Shown piece by piece: positions 1-12,759 of a stretch of DNA of 64,000 bases; position 1 is the first letter of the stretch; every line of letters begins with the position of its first letter. A program made the translations under genes and the position numbers. The notes under the pieces were generated by a model. It was not told where the DNA came from. It searched no databases and saw only the letters and a program-made list of their open reading frames with translations. Location of the stretch: NCBI GenBank assembly GCA_027923505.1, contig BROI01000013.1, forward strand, positions 310,001 through 374,000, in the 5' to 3' direction. Source of the stretch: Mayamaea pseudoterrestris (lineage: Eukaryota).

Positions 1-494
1 GGAGCGACTTGCAAGACAAGACGTCGCAGAAGTTTTTGCGGCTGAGCGAAGCAGAGTCAGTCATTTTTAAGAACTTCTAGATCTGCTTGTCATTTCACAT
101 CCTATATCGTGAGTTTTTGCTTCGTAGCCCAAGGCTGGACTTGGTCCATGACACCGACGTACTGTAGAAGAATATTAGTTTGCATATCAGGAGTTTCATA
201 GTTCTGTAATCCCGCTTCTTCAGAGGCAATTTACAATCGAGGTGTATGTTACTGGCCCCAGTTGATTAACTAGAGCATGCCTTATTGAAACGTCACTGAC
301 AGTCGCACCGAAACACAACGCACGAATTGGATGACCATTCTCACTCTCTGGCCTACAGTCCTTTTGGCAAGAAAGGAAAGATCGATGACCGCGCGCGACT
401 CTTGTGAAGCAACTTCACCATCACTTTCAACTTGCCAGTAAGCTTCGACAAGCAGTGTCTTCGTCGGCATCATAGCAAGAAAAACGATCATACC

Positions 495-3400
495 ATGGCG
501 TCTGGATCAAACTTTAGTGCGAACGAATTATTCGATCTAAAACATCTGTTAAAATGCGTGAGTTTTATGCGCGACCTTTCGCCCAAGCAGTTGGAGGAAC
601 TCGTCGCCAGCGTCGAATGCGTCGACTATGCCTCGGGCGACAGAATTATAGAGATTGGCAAGGATACAGTACCGGCGCTTTACATGGTTCGTAACGGTTA
701 CGTCTGGCTGAGACGTGAAGGCGAAGATCCTGTCAAGCTATTGAATGGTTGTCACTTTGGAGAAGACTTGTTGGATGCCGCGCAAGGTTTGGATGACTCG
801 GTTATGCTTCCTGGTCCATACAATATCACTGCCGAAAACAATATACCTTCCATGCCTGTACAATTTGCTCGATTGACGCTCATGGCCTGTCGAAAAGTAT
901 TCAATATTGATAAGGTCGACAAGAGCGATAGCATGTACATTCGGCGCAAGAATAAAAATCGAAACCCTTTCGAAGAATCCTCGAGTAGAACGACCACCAG
1001 CAGCTCCCGGAAAACATCGACCTTGAGATCCTCGGCTGTGGAAGATGATGACGATGATGAAGACGAGCGCAAGGCAAAGCTCAAGAAGGAAAAGAAGAAG
1101 AAAAAGGATCATGACTCTTCCAAAAAGAGTAAGAAGCGAGAGTCGAGTAAATTAAAGGTGCCAGAAAGCGAAGAGTCGGTAACGTCGACCGAGCATCTAT
1201 CTATACGTCAGGAAGCAGCGCCTCCTGTAAAAGCTGAGAGTCATCCGGAGAACCATCAGTTCATATTAAACGACCTGGCAGGCGAGTCGGACCCAGAGCC
1301 AGTATTTGAAGCCGAACCTGAGCCGGAGGAGCCCCCAGCTCCTCGGCAAAGTTTTGCCGATATCCGCAAAAAACTCCAAGAACGCTCAAAGGACCAGCCC
1401 AGTCCGTTGGTATTCAACAAGTCGCCAGCTAGGTCGTCACGTGTGCTTAAATCGCCCGAACCGGCAAAGGAAATAACCGTGGACTTCTCTTCGTTTCATT
1501 TAAATGCTCCCGATGTGGTGGAGACACCAAAAGAGTCAAGACGAGGTGTATCGCGCACTTCGTCTAGCGAGAAGAAGCATCGCAGCTCGGGTGAACGGCG
1601 AACGAGCGCCCACGACAAGAAGGATCGAGGCGATCGGAAACAGCGGGAAGATGAATCCAAAGGAAAGCGCGAAAAGAAGCATCGCGACGAGGACTCTAAA
1701 GAAAAGAGCGAGAGAAGGCCTAAGGACGAAAGTTCAAGAGATAAGGAGAGGAAGCACCGCGACGATGACCCGAAGACGCCCAGGAAAAAGCCTGTCGACA
1801 AGCATTTGCACAAGGCAAGGCAGGGCTTTGACGATAGAAGCAAAAAGACTCGAAAGGAAGCAAAGCTTGAACCTCGAGAGGAGAAGCCATCGCGTCCGCC
1901 TCCAAATGTCTTTCAAAAGCCACTTCCTCTCCAGCTCGAGTATCAGGCACCACAATTTCCGAAAACGCAGGACGATGAAAAAACCATTACGCGAGCTCTG
2001 TCGAAGGCGTTTCCATTCAAAAATATGGAAAAGAATAACATGAAGAAGCTGATTGCAGCGTTTGAACCGACTCGCGTAGGCGCTGGAACGGAGTTTGTGA
2101 CCGCTGGAGATGAAGATGATTATTTTTACGTTGTCAACCACGGTAAAGTTGTAGAAGAAGTCGACGGTGAAGAGGTCCGCGAGGTTGGCGAGGGAGAAGC
2201 ACTTGGCGATATCAATCTTATGCATTCTACCAAGAACAGAATGATGTCGGTGCGGGCCAAGACTGATGCTGATCTTTTTCGCGTTGACCAGTCCACATAT
2301 CGTAAGATTTTACAAACGGAATCTGCCAACGAGGACCGAGAAAAGCGTAAATTATTGGAAACGATTGGCTTATTTCAAAACGTTTCTGATAGAAACAAGA
2401 AAAAGCTTTGCGGCGTCATGGAAGCTATTGATTTTAAAAAGGGAGAGTCAGTTGTGACGAAGGAAGATTACGCAAAAGACTTTTATATTATTAAGAATGG
2501 GAACGTCCGGTGTCAAGATCCCGACCAAGCTTCAGATACGGGCCGCACAGTAGGCGGTGGCGGGTTTTTTGGTGAGACCGCATTAGTGACAGGTGATGTT
2601 TACCCTGTCGACGTTACAGCTGCAAGTGATGTAACTGTTTACAGAGTCAGTCGAAAGTTGTTTGAAAAGGTCCTCGGTCCTGTGAGACACGTCATTGTTT
2701 CGCCTGTTGAGGCCAGAACATTGTGCTCATTAGAAATACTACGGTTTGACCCGAATACGGACCTGAACATACAAGAAAGCAATCAACTTGTCTCGCGTAT
2801 AGAGGATAAAATGTACGCGAAGGGTGAAGTCATTATCGAAGCGGGCGATGAGATTCTTGGCGGCCTCTACTTTGTTCGGCAAGGTCGAGTGGAAATTCAA
2901 AAGAAGGTTCGGCAAATGGTTGTTCCTGGTGGCGTATTCGGCGACGATCTTTTTGAGGAATCCAAATCAACGAAGCGACATACTGGCAAAAGCAAGTTTA
3001 CTGTCGTCGCCACCGAGAAGACCGTGTGCGGCATTCTTAAAATTACTGACTACAGATCTGTATTTAAGGAATGTGCGACACCCAAGGCCAAGGCATCATT
3101 AATAAAAGCGAAAAAGCAGGCTGCCCGTCAAAAGTCTTTGTCGATGCAGTACGTAGCAAAGGCAGAGCAGATTGACGATTCAAGTGGCGACGAGAGCGAG
3201 GATGACTCTGGCCACCGCCACATTGCCTTTCACAATTTGGTCAAGCGCATTTGCTTGGGCGAAGGTAAATTTAACGAAATGCATCATGCGCTTTCGCTGA
3301 TCGTCACCCTCATTGTCGCTTTCATTCATCTTCGCAGGCAATTTCGGACAGGTGTGGATGGTGTATGATCAAACGGAGCAGCCTCCACAACCGTATGCAT

Positions 3401-4452
3401 TGAAAATTCAGTCGAAGTACCAGCTTGTCCAAGAAAAGCAGGCGGAAGCGTGCATTCGCGAGAAAGAAGCCATGGCGAAGCTAAAGCATCCGAATGTAGT
3501 TCGTCTAGCTGGGTCGTATCAGGACGACAATTTTATTTACATGCTTTTGCCAATGATCCAAGGAGGCGAGCTATTTAACTTGATGCACCCCATTGATGGC
3601 GACTCGCCTGACGTGGCGTTGCCAGAAGACCAGGCCAAATTCTATGCCTTTGTGTTGGCCGACGTCCTTGCGTATTTGCACGATCAGAAATACGTGTATC
3701 GAGATCTTAAACCTGGTAAGAAGATTAAAGTGCCAAAATGTCATGGTGGCTGTCGATTATGGTTGCTTGGAACTAACTCGACTGCGTTTTTTTGCGTGAC
3801 AGAAAATGTTTTGCTGGATGTTACGGGCTACCCAGTTTTGATCGATTTTGGGTTTGCCAAGCGTCTCACGGAGAAGACATATACCCTTTGTGGCACACCT
3901 GGCTACTTGCCTCCAGGTTCGTCGTTGACGGTCGTGCGTGAGCATGGTATAATAAACCTGTCAAGAATCTCACGTTTTCGCTATTCTCACCTTTAAGAAT
4001 GCTGCCTTTCTCGCGGGCATACATTTTCAGCCGATCACTGGAGCTTTGGCATCCTTTTGTATGAAATGCTCTGCGGTGAAAGTCCTTTCTACACGCATGG
4101 CATTGACCAGGAAGACTTGTACCGAAGTATCATTGAGGACGACTACGACCCGCCCATGTACGCCAGCATGGAGGCTTGTGATCTCATTGATCGTCTGTTG
4201 GTCAAGGATCCGCTGGTGCGACTTGGGTCATTGTCGGGCGGCGAGAGCGATATTCTCTGCCACAATTGGTTCAAGGGATTGGATTCCCACTCGGCTCGCA
4301 AGCGAACGCTCAAGGCACCATGGCTTCCAAAGCTCAGCAAGGACCCTTTTGATACAACGCATTTCGACGATTGGAGTGATCTGGAAGACAAAACAGAGGA
4401 AGTATTTCCGGAGCTTGAGCCCGAGGAAGCTGCAATGTTTGACGGCTTTTAA
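495..4452 (+). CDS. cGMP-dependent protein kinase-like (about 4 cNMP-binding domains, long charged linker, AGC kinase domain); introns 3265-3337, 3716-3802, 3917-3997
   Basis: cNMP-like motifs (HFGE, LGDINL, FFGETAL, VFGDDL). Splicing restores GEGNFGQV, YRDLKPEN, DFG, CGTPGYLPPE and DHWSFG; AGC-type tail PWLP..DTTHFDD. Confidence 0.88.
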
Positions 4453-4728
4453 GTGTTACATACCATTACAAATATGTTCTGTAAGCTGGTTATAATGTTA
4501 AAGATGTTTCTTTCTGTTTTGTACATAACATACTTACGAGTCTGTTATTACATATTTGGCCCATCAAAGTATCGCATGGCGCATTTTGATGCGTATATGC
4601 AACGATAGTGCGCAGTAAGTGCGTCAAGACCCTTTTCGTTCGGTGCCACATGCATCAGTACACTGTACTAGTAGTATGATGCATGCGTTTGGCATGCTTG
4701 ACAAAAGTCGCGTGGTACTTCGCTCCAT

Positions 4729-5889
4729 TCATGGTCGATCACCACCACCGCCAACGTGCGGCGTCAATGGCCCTTGTCCACGACTCCTTCGTATCAAGTC
4801 ATCCGCGTGACAAGCACGGCATGTTTTGCTGCGTCGGACACCTTCATTCTCGCGAATCTCCTCCTTGTCCAGCATGCTACGGCAACGCGAGCAACGCACT
4901 TTCGCATCCGCTCCACTAGTCCGCATCGCAAACTTTTGTAAATTGCTTTGAATCTCTTGAATCTGCTCATCAAGTTCAGCCATGGCTTGTTCCTGCCGCG
5001 CTCTTAAGACATGTCCATGTCGGTGTATCCAAGCTTCGTTGGACTGGGTTGGTTCCAGCAGCGCCTCGCGAAAGACTTGACTCTGATTCAAAAAGCCTTG
5101 CTCCTCCGCAAACACTTGTTGATGAAGTTCTTCGCTATGTATCATCGCATTGGCACTTGCTGAACTTGCTGGTACATTGCTGAATAGCTCCTGCTGGGTC
5201 GCTTTCCAAGCGTCGTTCAAGCGGTGCAACTCTTGCTCCGACATGGCTTTATCTGTTGCGTCACTGCGATTCTTCGCTGGTGGTGGTACTGAGAACGACC
5301 GAAATAATGGATTGTTCATTGCTGTCAATTGATCATAATTTGAATCAGTCTCTTGACTCGCGCGTGGCTCCTGCAGAAACCCATCAACACCAAAACCATC
5401 GCTCGCTCGCAGATAGGCTTCGGCGTCAAGCGTCGCGGAAAACAAGTCATTTTCGTCATTTGCTTCAGCAGTAGTCGATGATGAGCTATCATTTGCTGTA
5501 TTTGTCTTGGATGTAACATTTTTCTCGGCTCGCGCCTGAACGTAGGCTTGAAGCTCTTGGACCGACCAGTATGGAGCATTGTGCGAGGCGGCGTCATTGT
5601 CGTGATGGCTCGTTCGCTTCGACAGGGACGGAAATAGCTGACCAAGCTCCTGCTTGATCTTGGATGCATCGATCGTCAGCTCAACTTTTTCTTCATTATT
5701 TGACGACAGGGCCAGTAGTATTCTACTCTGTGAGCGAGCGGTAGTCTGACTGGATCGAAGAATTGTTCCTCGTTGACGATGTGTGATGAGTGATGGACAA
5801 TGAATCCATCCGGAACAGTACGACCTTGCCATCATAATAAAAACGAAGGCTACCAAGCTCCACCTGCCTTTTATCATCCTCAATATCAT
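4729..5889 (-). CDS. Hypothetical protein with N-terminal signal-like peptide and C-terminal CxxC...CxxC zinc-finger-like motif
   Basis: 386-aa ORF; hydrophobic N-terminus; CSRC...CRAC. Confidence 0.65.
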   Translation of the reverse strand: MILRMIKGRWSLVAFVFIMMARSYCSGWIHCPSLITHRQRGTILRSSQTTARSQSRILLALSSNNEEKVELTIDASKIKQELGQLFPSLSKRTSHHDNDAASHNAPYWSVQELQAYVQARAEKNVTSKTNTANDSSSSTTAEANDENDLFSATLDAEAYLRASDGFGVDGFLQEPRASQETDSNYDQLTAMNNPLFRSFSVPPPAKNRSDATDKAMSEQELHRLNDAWKATQQELFSNVPASSASANAMIHSEELHQQVFAEEQGFLNQSQVFREALLEPTQSNEAWIHRHGHVLRARQEQAMAELDEQIQEIQSNLQKFAMRTSGADAKVRCSRCRSMLDKEEIRENEGVRRSKTCRACHADDLIRRSRGQGPLTPHVGGGGDRP

Positions 5890-5978
5890 TTAGAAAATTC
5901 TGTGTACTTCGTTAAAATATAACGAAATGCACAGCAAATTCCATGGCCAAGTTCCTTTGCGGACCGTGGAGCGGTCGG

Positions 5979-6327
5979 TTGACACTGGCACTTGTTTCAT
6001 ACTATTGCCTCGTGACGTAATTGACACTGGCACTCGTTTTCTATTAAAGCCTTAAGACGTAGTTTTCACTGGCACCCGTTTCAGACTATTGCCTTTTGAC
6101 ATGGTTTTCACTGGCACTCGTTTCACAGTATTGTCTTATGACGTAGTTTTCACTGGCACTCGTTTCGTACTATTGCTTGATGACGTAGTTTTCACTGGCA
6201 CTCGTTTCGTAGTATTGCCTTATGACGTAGTTTTCACTGGCACCCGTTTCATACTATTGCCTCATGAAGTAATTGACACTGGCACTCGTTTCGTACTATT
6301 GCCTTGTGACGTAATCGGCACTTGCTT
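5979..6327 (+). repeat. 42-bp tandem array, family A (8 units plus a partial unit)
   Basis: Core CACTGGCACTCGTTTC recurs at 5983, 6025 ... 6277; approximate consensus GACGTAGTTTTCACTGGCACTCGTTTCGTACTATTGCCTTAT. Confidence 0.95.
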
Positions 6328-6614
6328 TCGGTGGCCGGGCCGGCGTCGGCCTTGCCACAACTAGCGTTCGTCTTCGTTTCGCCATTGCCACATCGACTAC
6401 CAACGAGGGGAAGGCCTTTGGACAAAGACGGGAGGAAGACGCTTGAGAGCGTGACGAGTGACAGTAGTTTCTGTAGCGTTGTCTACGGTAGAGGATACAA
6501 TTATCAGGAGTTGCACGTCAAAGTCTCTGCTGCAACTCGGCGTGTCCGAAAATTGGACAAAAGGGCCGTCGAATCTCCAAAGGGAATCTCACGCAACGAA
6601 GCTACAAAATAACC

Positions 6615-8690
6615 ATGGGGAACCAACCAAGTGCTACTCCCTTGACTGATGGAAGCAATAGCAGCAGTGGATCGTCTCAATCATCCGAGACAAGTCTAGG
6701 TGAAGTAGACGAGACGACAATCATCACCAAGGTTGCAGCAGCTGCCTCGTCTTCGCTGCAGCTCACAAGCACCTCGGCTCGTTCCACGACGACGGCAGGC
6801 TGCTTGTCCTTTTGCTGGACATCAACGACAAGAACGAATCCTCCCTTGCTTCTAGTTGTCAATACAAAGAATGACTTAGATGACGACGAAGACGGAGAGG
6901 AAAACGAGTCAGATTTCAACGTTTCATCAAGTTCCTTTTGTTCACCTTCTGAAAAGGGCAGCAATTCACCAAGTACTTCGTTCTTTCGACGAAGCAGCAG
7001 CGGGTCCATGTCATCACTACTGTTAATGGACAATGACCCGCTCGCCTATACACCAAACGAACTTGCCTTGCGAGATGATGTCATTGTTGCAGCATCTGAT
7101 TGCGCACTGGACAAGGAATTGTGGATTGTCACAACGGCGGCACTCCCCTGGTTGACCGGCACGTCGGTGAATCCACTACTACGAGCGGCTCACTTGGCCT
7201 TGAGCAATGCTCGGAACTTTCCGCATCGTGAAACAACCTTGGTGGTGCCGTGGCTGGAGGATGCGCAGGATCGAATCGCATTGTATGGAAACGAATGGCA
7301 AGATTCCACGCCAATTGAGCAGGAGGCATACATTCGAACCTGGCTGGTTGACAATGCTTGCCTGCACGTCTCGTCGTTGCAACTCAAGATTCACTTTTAT
7401 CCGGCTCGATATCACGCCACGCTTCAGAGTATTTTTGCCATGGGTGACTTATGCGAACGATTAGTTGTACGAGATCCAGAACATAGTGTTTGTATTCTCG
7501 AGGAACCGGAACATGTCAACTTTTATCGAGCGCCCGGCTTGGTGAGCTGGAGAAGCAAGTTTCCTCATGTACGTGTGTAATTTAGTTTGCGTATCTTTTG
7601 CTGCGTTCATGGGTTGTAGACTGAACCCTGCAATCGATTTTCACAGGTCGTTGGAGTCGTTCACACCAACTACAAGGCGTATGCAGCAAACAACATTGGT
7701 GGAGTAGTCACAGCACCCTTGGTAGGCGCCATGAGCTCCTTCATGGTGCGAGCATATTGTGATCAAGTCATTAAACTTTCAAGCGTCTTGCAGGATTATG
7801 CCGTTGAAAAGGAAGTGGTTTGCAACGTGCATGGAAGTCGTTCTGCGTTTTTAAGTGCGGCAGAACCAACGGGCAATGAGGTTTACTTTATTGGCAAGAT
7901 GCTTTGGGCCAAGGGACTCGACAAGTTGCTCGAGTTGCAAGCGTACTGCAAGAAAAAGACTGGTCAGTACTTCGCAATGAGTGTTTACGGCAGCGGACCA
8001 CAAATGGAGGAAATCAAGGAGGCATTTTTGGGTCAGCAGCGGCGACATTGGAACGAAGACGCTGCAAAGTCGTCATCAGCATACGAGGCTTTATCAAAAT
8101 ATTACTCCTATTCGGTCTGGAGCGGGTTCCGGCAGCCATTGCCGGTCTCCTTCAAGGGTCGAAAAGATCATGCAGCGCTCTCGAGTGACTATAAGATTTT
8201 CGTCAATCCATCGGTGACGGAAGTCCTTTGCACGACAACTGCAGAAGCGGTAGCAATGAACAAATGGGTGATTGTCCCCGATCATGCATCTAATGACTTT
8301 TTTCGAGACTATCCAAATGTGCTGCTGTACAAGACGAACGAGGAGTTCCTTCAACTTTTCCAGCATGCCAAGGCGCACGCACCAAAGCCACTCTCGGACC
8401 CTTTGAAGCATACCTTGACGTGGGAAGCGGCCACGACGCGGTTCATCGAAGCAGCCGCGGTCAGTGAGCGTGACGCCGCCCGACGAAGCCGCATTGGTGC
8501 CAAGTATGATGAGACGATTGCCAAGTGGCACTACAAGCTCGGGAAGGGCTCAACGGGCGATGTCTTGCGCAAGGTTATGGGGGGCGGTCCCGTCGCAGAC
8601 CAATACAAGTACGAGAGAAGGAGCCAAAACAATTTGGAAATGATGGGGACGGCCAGTCCATCGACAGAAGTGGAGGCGTTTGTGAAATAG
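6615..8690 (+). CDS. DGD: Digalactosyldiacylglycerol synthase (GT4); intron 7569-7646
   Basis: TTAALPWLTGTSVNPLLRA, LEEPEH, spliced HVVGVVHTNY, YFIGKMLWAKG, EVLCTTTAEA. Confidence 0.9.
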
Positions 8691-8901
8691 CGGAAGCGGC
8701 GGAGCTTGGTGGTCATTGGACCATGTGTATTGTATCTGTATATGGCGTGATGTGTGTAGTGATGTTAAAATGTTTTTGTTCATTATTATTACCTAAAACA
8801 CTATAGTGCATACACATGAATAGGCCGAATGTACCGCGCAGGCAGCAAAGTAAAGCAACTGTGGGTCCGTGCTTCAGAACCTACCCTCGGCGTCCAATTG
8901 A

Positions 8902-10498
8902 TCAACTAGCGACACCACTCTGCTTCGTTAATATGGCCTTTTGAAGAACAGGCCATGCATGGACCGGCCAGTTCTCGCTCCTGCGACATGAAACAGAAAG
9001 ACAAGTTTTTAAGCAGGCGAATATTCCAACAACCCCGTCTTGCCATCAGCAACTTTACTCACCACAACATTTTGCCCTGAATCTGCAACGAAAATTGCTT
9101 AAGCTGCCCAAAATCGTGATTTCCAGCGTCAGGTTTATCCGTCAAGGGAATCAAGAGCTCCCAAAGTATCGTCGACAACTCATCAGCGGTTCCAAACGTT
9201 CGTCCATTCACCTGGTCGCGCACAAGTTCCTTCAAGCACGGAAATTCGTACGCGCAGACAGGAACCTCACATCCAAAATAATCCAAAATCTTGATCGGCA
9301 GATCCATGCCGGACGTGCTCGTGTGCAGCGAAAGTCCAACATCTGCGCACGCCAAAAGTACTGGATAATCCGTCGGTTCCAACCAAGCCGTCATGACGGC
9401 GACATGCTGCCAGGCATATTGTGAAATGCGCTCCTCGTAGGCTTCCTTGAGTGCGCCCTTGCCTGTCAAGACGCAGACAACCTTGAGCGACGACGAGGAT
9501 GAAGATGCTGCATGATCGCCCTGCTGCAGTCGCGACGCAATGTGCTCGTCCAATTGCTGCAACGCCGTCAGCAGCATGCCAAAGTTTTCGTCCCGCGTCC
9601 AGGACGTAGCGCTGACAATGAGAGCGGGTCGGCCCTTGCGTGGACGAAAGCGACCAGGAGCGTACTCCTCGGTGAATAGTGTCTGCAGTGGCAATTTTGT
9701 CGCGGTGTTTGCATCAACGTTCGCACCTGTACTACTCATGGCATCAAACCAATGCTTCGGACACGCCTGCATAAACTTGGAATGCAGCTTGCCAAGCATG
9801 GCATGTTGCTCCTTGATGGAGCGAAGGCGAAAGAGAGCCGGCGGACAGTCGTACAACACATCCGAGTTTTCCTGCGGAACATTCATTTCCGCCGACCCGA
9901 GAAACTGCTTCAAAGCGCGCGTCACAGTCAAGTGTCCATCCGCTTTGGGCGCAAAGAATGTTTCATATTTACGAGCTATCCATCGCACCAAGCCGCCATC
10001 GGGAAGCATGCTGTATCCCAAGTTATGCCAGTCAATGACCAAAGCCGTCCTTGGCGAAAACAGGCGACAGTAGGCAACGGCAACCATGAGAAGCGGAACA
10101 GCAGGCGGATTCTGCACCAGCAGACAATCTACGGGCGTTTCCCTTGATACTCGCATCAAGAGCGCATGTGACAGCAAACAAGTCAATGAAACAATGCGCC
10201 AAAGCAAGTAGAGCGGCCAGGAAATGACGCGAACCATTGTACTGGTCGAGTCTTCATCGTTGCGCAAAATCTTCAAAGAAGGAAATCTCACCACTGTTAG
10301 TTGCTTATTGTCTTCATATTTCTTCAAAGCGTCAATGAGCTTTTCTCCCGTGTATCCGACAAAGTGAACCTTGTGACCGGCTTGGAGGAGGGACGTTGCC
10401 TGATACTGCATGCGAGGAGAGCGTCCCAAGTCGCCCAACACCACTACAACCACATGGTAGATTGGCTTGCTACTGGCGTGGCCAGTGCTAATGTTCAT
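8902..10498 (-). CDS. ALG1: Chitobiosyldiphosphodolichol beta-mannosyltransferase; intron 8981-9062
   Basis: VLGDLGRSPRMQY, QNPP, IDWHN, SATSWT, HTSTSGMDLP; the spliced last exon gives WSENW. Confidence 0.92.
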
Positions 10499-10578
10499 AG
10501 TGATGACTAAAGAGTGGAAATCTTGTCGAGCAATGAGACAGGTTCGGCGAGATCAGATGCTGAAGCAGCAGCAGCAAG

Positions 10579-11418
10579 ATGCGCTGTTGTGCTGCTTGGG
10601 CTCGGCCGTGCGCTCTCCGACCTTCCATGTGTCGTAGCGTGACAGAATCAGTACCGGTCCGACGCTCGCACCTTCGTTTCATCGACGTCCACCGATTTTC
10701 GCAAGTGCGTCTCACAAATCGCCACCATGGCGCAGTTACGAGCGCAAACTGTACCATGCTCTCTATAACTAGCACAACTAGAGCAATGCTATGCAGTAGC
10801 AAGCGTGTGTCTTTGAAAGCAAGGAACGTTGCGCTCTTGCGCTACGCTTCGACAGAAACCGACAACGGCAATGATGGGCAAGTCAACTACTACTCGCTCT
10901 TGAATGTGCCGCAAACGTTTTCCATTCAGCAAGACGAACTCAAGCAAAACTACCGCGACCTCATGACGCAGCATCATCCGGACAAGTTTCGTCATCAAGA
11001 AAATGCTGCAGGCGATGCTGCCGACAATCAAGACTATGCATCATTGGTGACGCTTGCCTACGACACCCTCAAGCGTCCCCACACGCGGGCGCAGCACTTG
11101 CTGGCGCTGGAGACTGGAATAGACATGGAGAATGATCATCAAGTGCAGGAACACTCTGAGAATATCATGACGACTCTGCCGCCGGAAACGTTAATGCACG
11201 TCATGGAGCTGCGCGAGTCAATCGATGCAACGACTGCACCAGCCGCTCTGCAGTCGCTCTTGGAGGAGAATGAGAATCGCATGCAAGATACGAGTCTAGC
11301 GCTGGAGCAAGCCTTTCACGAAAAGGACTACGATAACGCCACCTTGCTGACGGCTCAAATGCAGTACTGGAACCGCATTCATGAAACGATTCGCGACAAG
11401 ATGCACTTGTTGTCGTGA
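10579..11418 (+). CDS. HSCB: Fe-S cluster co-chaperone HscB/Jac1 (probably mitochondrial); true start uncertain
   Basis: J-domain with HPDKF, AYDTLKRPHTRAQHLL, LMHVMELRE and C-terminal MQYW; basic presequence. Confidence 0.85.
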   Translation: MRCCAAWARPCALRPSMCRSVTESVPVRRSHLRFIDVHRFSQVRLTNRHHGAVTSANCTMLSITSTTRAMLCSSKRVSLKARNVALLRYASTETDNGNDGQVNYYSLLNVPQTFSIQQDELKQNYRDLMTQHHPDKFRHQENAAGDAADNQDYASLVTLAYDTLKRPHTRAQHLLALETGIDMENDHQVQEHSENIMTTLPPETLMHVMELRESIDATTAPAALQSLLEENENRMQDTSLALEQAFHEKDYDNATLLTAQMQYWNRIHETIRDKMHLLS

Positions 11419-12038
11419 TTGTGCGGGTGTTTCGTCGGCCACGTTTGACAGGTACGTTGCATACAGGATTTACCTGCTTGGCTACTGCAAATTGTATCTC
11501 CCGTCTGGCTGCAAAAGTGCTTGAACGAGGTTATTCCATTTGCTACATGAATGCGCAATGTCTTTATAGTTGGACGGGTCGGTCTTTTTTGTGACTGCCC
11601 GTCCTGGAAGGCGTGCTACATGACATGTTGCATCTCACACTGTTGCTCCAGTTTAGCTGATGACAGAGAGTCGAACAGAGTTTCGTCTAGTTGTCGCGCA
11701 AAGCGCATGGGAGTGGCGCCGCGGCGTCAACCCGCATTGACTGGCGTCCAGTTGCGCGTGCCAGAATCGCAAGCCACGAGAGTCGACATAGGGGAAGTGC
11801 TTTTTAACGTGATTGCAATGCACATTGTGGATTGGGTTTCGTTTGCTCTAAGATCATCATTGTTGCAGGATGAGTTGAGTTGCCATGTGTACATGGGAGA
11901 TATGGTTCACACATTTCTTGGGCGGAAGACTTGTTAGGGCGTATGCCAAGATTTGCTAGTCGTTCGAAACGTAATAAGTAACATACACTGTAAACTATAA
12001 CAAAGTAAACTATTTTTGTTTTGTACGCTTGCGTGGTA

Positions 12039-12692
12039 TTAACGAATATCCAGTACATGAGAACGGAACGATCTGATCCTGGTACAAACAAAGGCTACAT
12101 CCCATTTACCCGTGACGGGGTGTACTTCAAGCCAGCCAATCATATTTGCAATAGTTGCACTTGGTTTCATTATAATTGGAAGCGATGCTTGCTGCGCACG
12201 ACGTTCGATTTCTGCAAACAAGTCAGCTTTCTTAGGCTTGTAGTAACTTTTCCTTGCCACTTTAAACTCTGACAAATTAAAGTTGGTGATATCTCTCGCA
12301 TCGTGCATCCCAATAGCCATAGCAAACACTTGCCGCATGTTTGAGTTGTCTTTTTGAGACTTGATGTATCGTTGGCACGGAGACAAAAACTTCTCTGGTA
12401 CGTTACTGCGTTCGAATTCTTTCTGCATTTTGCGAATAAAGCAATCGTAATTGCAATCCCGGCGCTGTTTCAATAGAATCATAAAATTATTATATTTTTT
12501 CCAATTGAACTTACGATACTTGTAGTTCGTTTCGATGTAACCGGGAAGATCCATTGAGCTCCCGGCGCCTCCGTCGTCGCCTGAATCCTTCATGAAAATT
12601 AATCGAGCGCGAAAGAGCTGGTGGTTCATTTTCGGAACATTGTTTACCAGCGAGATATTACTATAAGATTTTCTAATTAGAGAAGAAAGCAT
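12039..12692 (-). CDS. Hypothetical basic protein in an AT-rich patch
   Basis: ~217-aa ORF rich in K/N/Y with visibly lower GC than its neighbours; no enzyme motif recognised. Confidence 0.45.
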   Translation of the reverse strand: MLSSLIRKSYSNISLVNNVPKMNHQLFRARLIFMKDSGDDGGAGSSMDLPGYIETNYKYRKFNWKKYNNFMILLKQRRDCNYDCFIRKMQKEFERSNVPEKFLSPCQRYIKSQKDNSNMRQVFAMAIGMHDARDITNFNLSEFKVARKSYYKPKKADLFAEIERRAQQASLPIIMKPSATIANMIGWLEVHPVTGKWDVAFVCTRIRSFRSHVLDIR

Positions 12693-12759
12693 GTTGGACA
12701 ATGGCGCTTGAATGAAATCTTGCAGTGAAGTCGCAAGTTAGATTGCGTCGTAACGCGCG

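Noticed and set aside
738..2329. Numerous antisense and alternate-frame ORFs here and across the window
   Set aside because: Shadows of real genes with no recognisable motifs.
3265..3997. Apparent frameshifts or pseudogenes in split ORFs (kinase, DGD, ALG1, SNF2, DDX24)
   Set aside because: Each break is resolved by a GT-AG intron that restores conserved motifs.
5979..6327. CRISPR array interpretation of the family A and B arrays
   Set aside because: Linkers are homologous to each other rather than unique spacers, no cas genes are present, and the context is eukaryotic.
6089..6364. Repetitive ORFs over family A arrays (also 12922-13125)
   Set aside because: By-product of a 42-bp unit divisible by 3; near-cognate starts; frame broken by 43- and 34-bp units in other copies.
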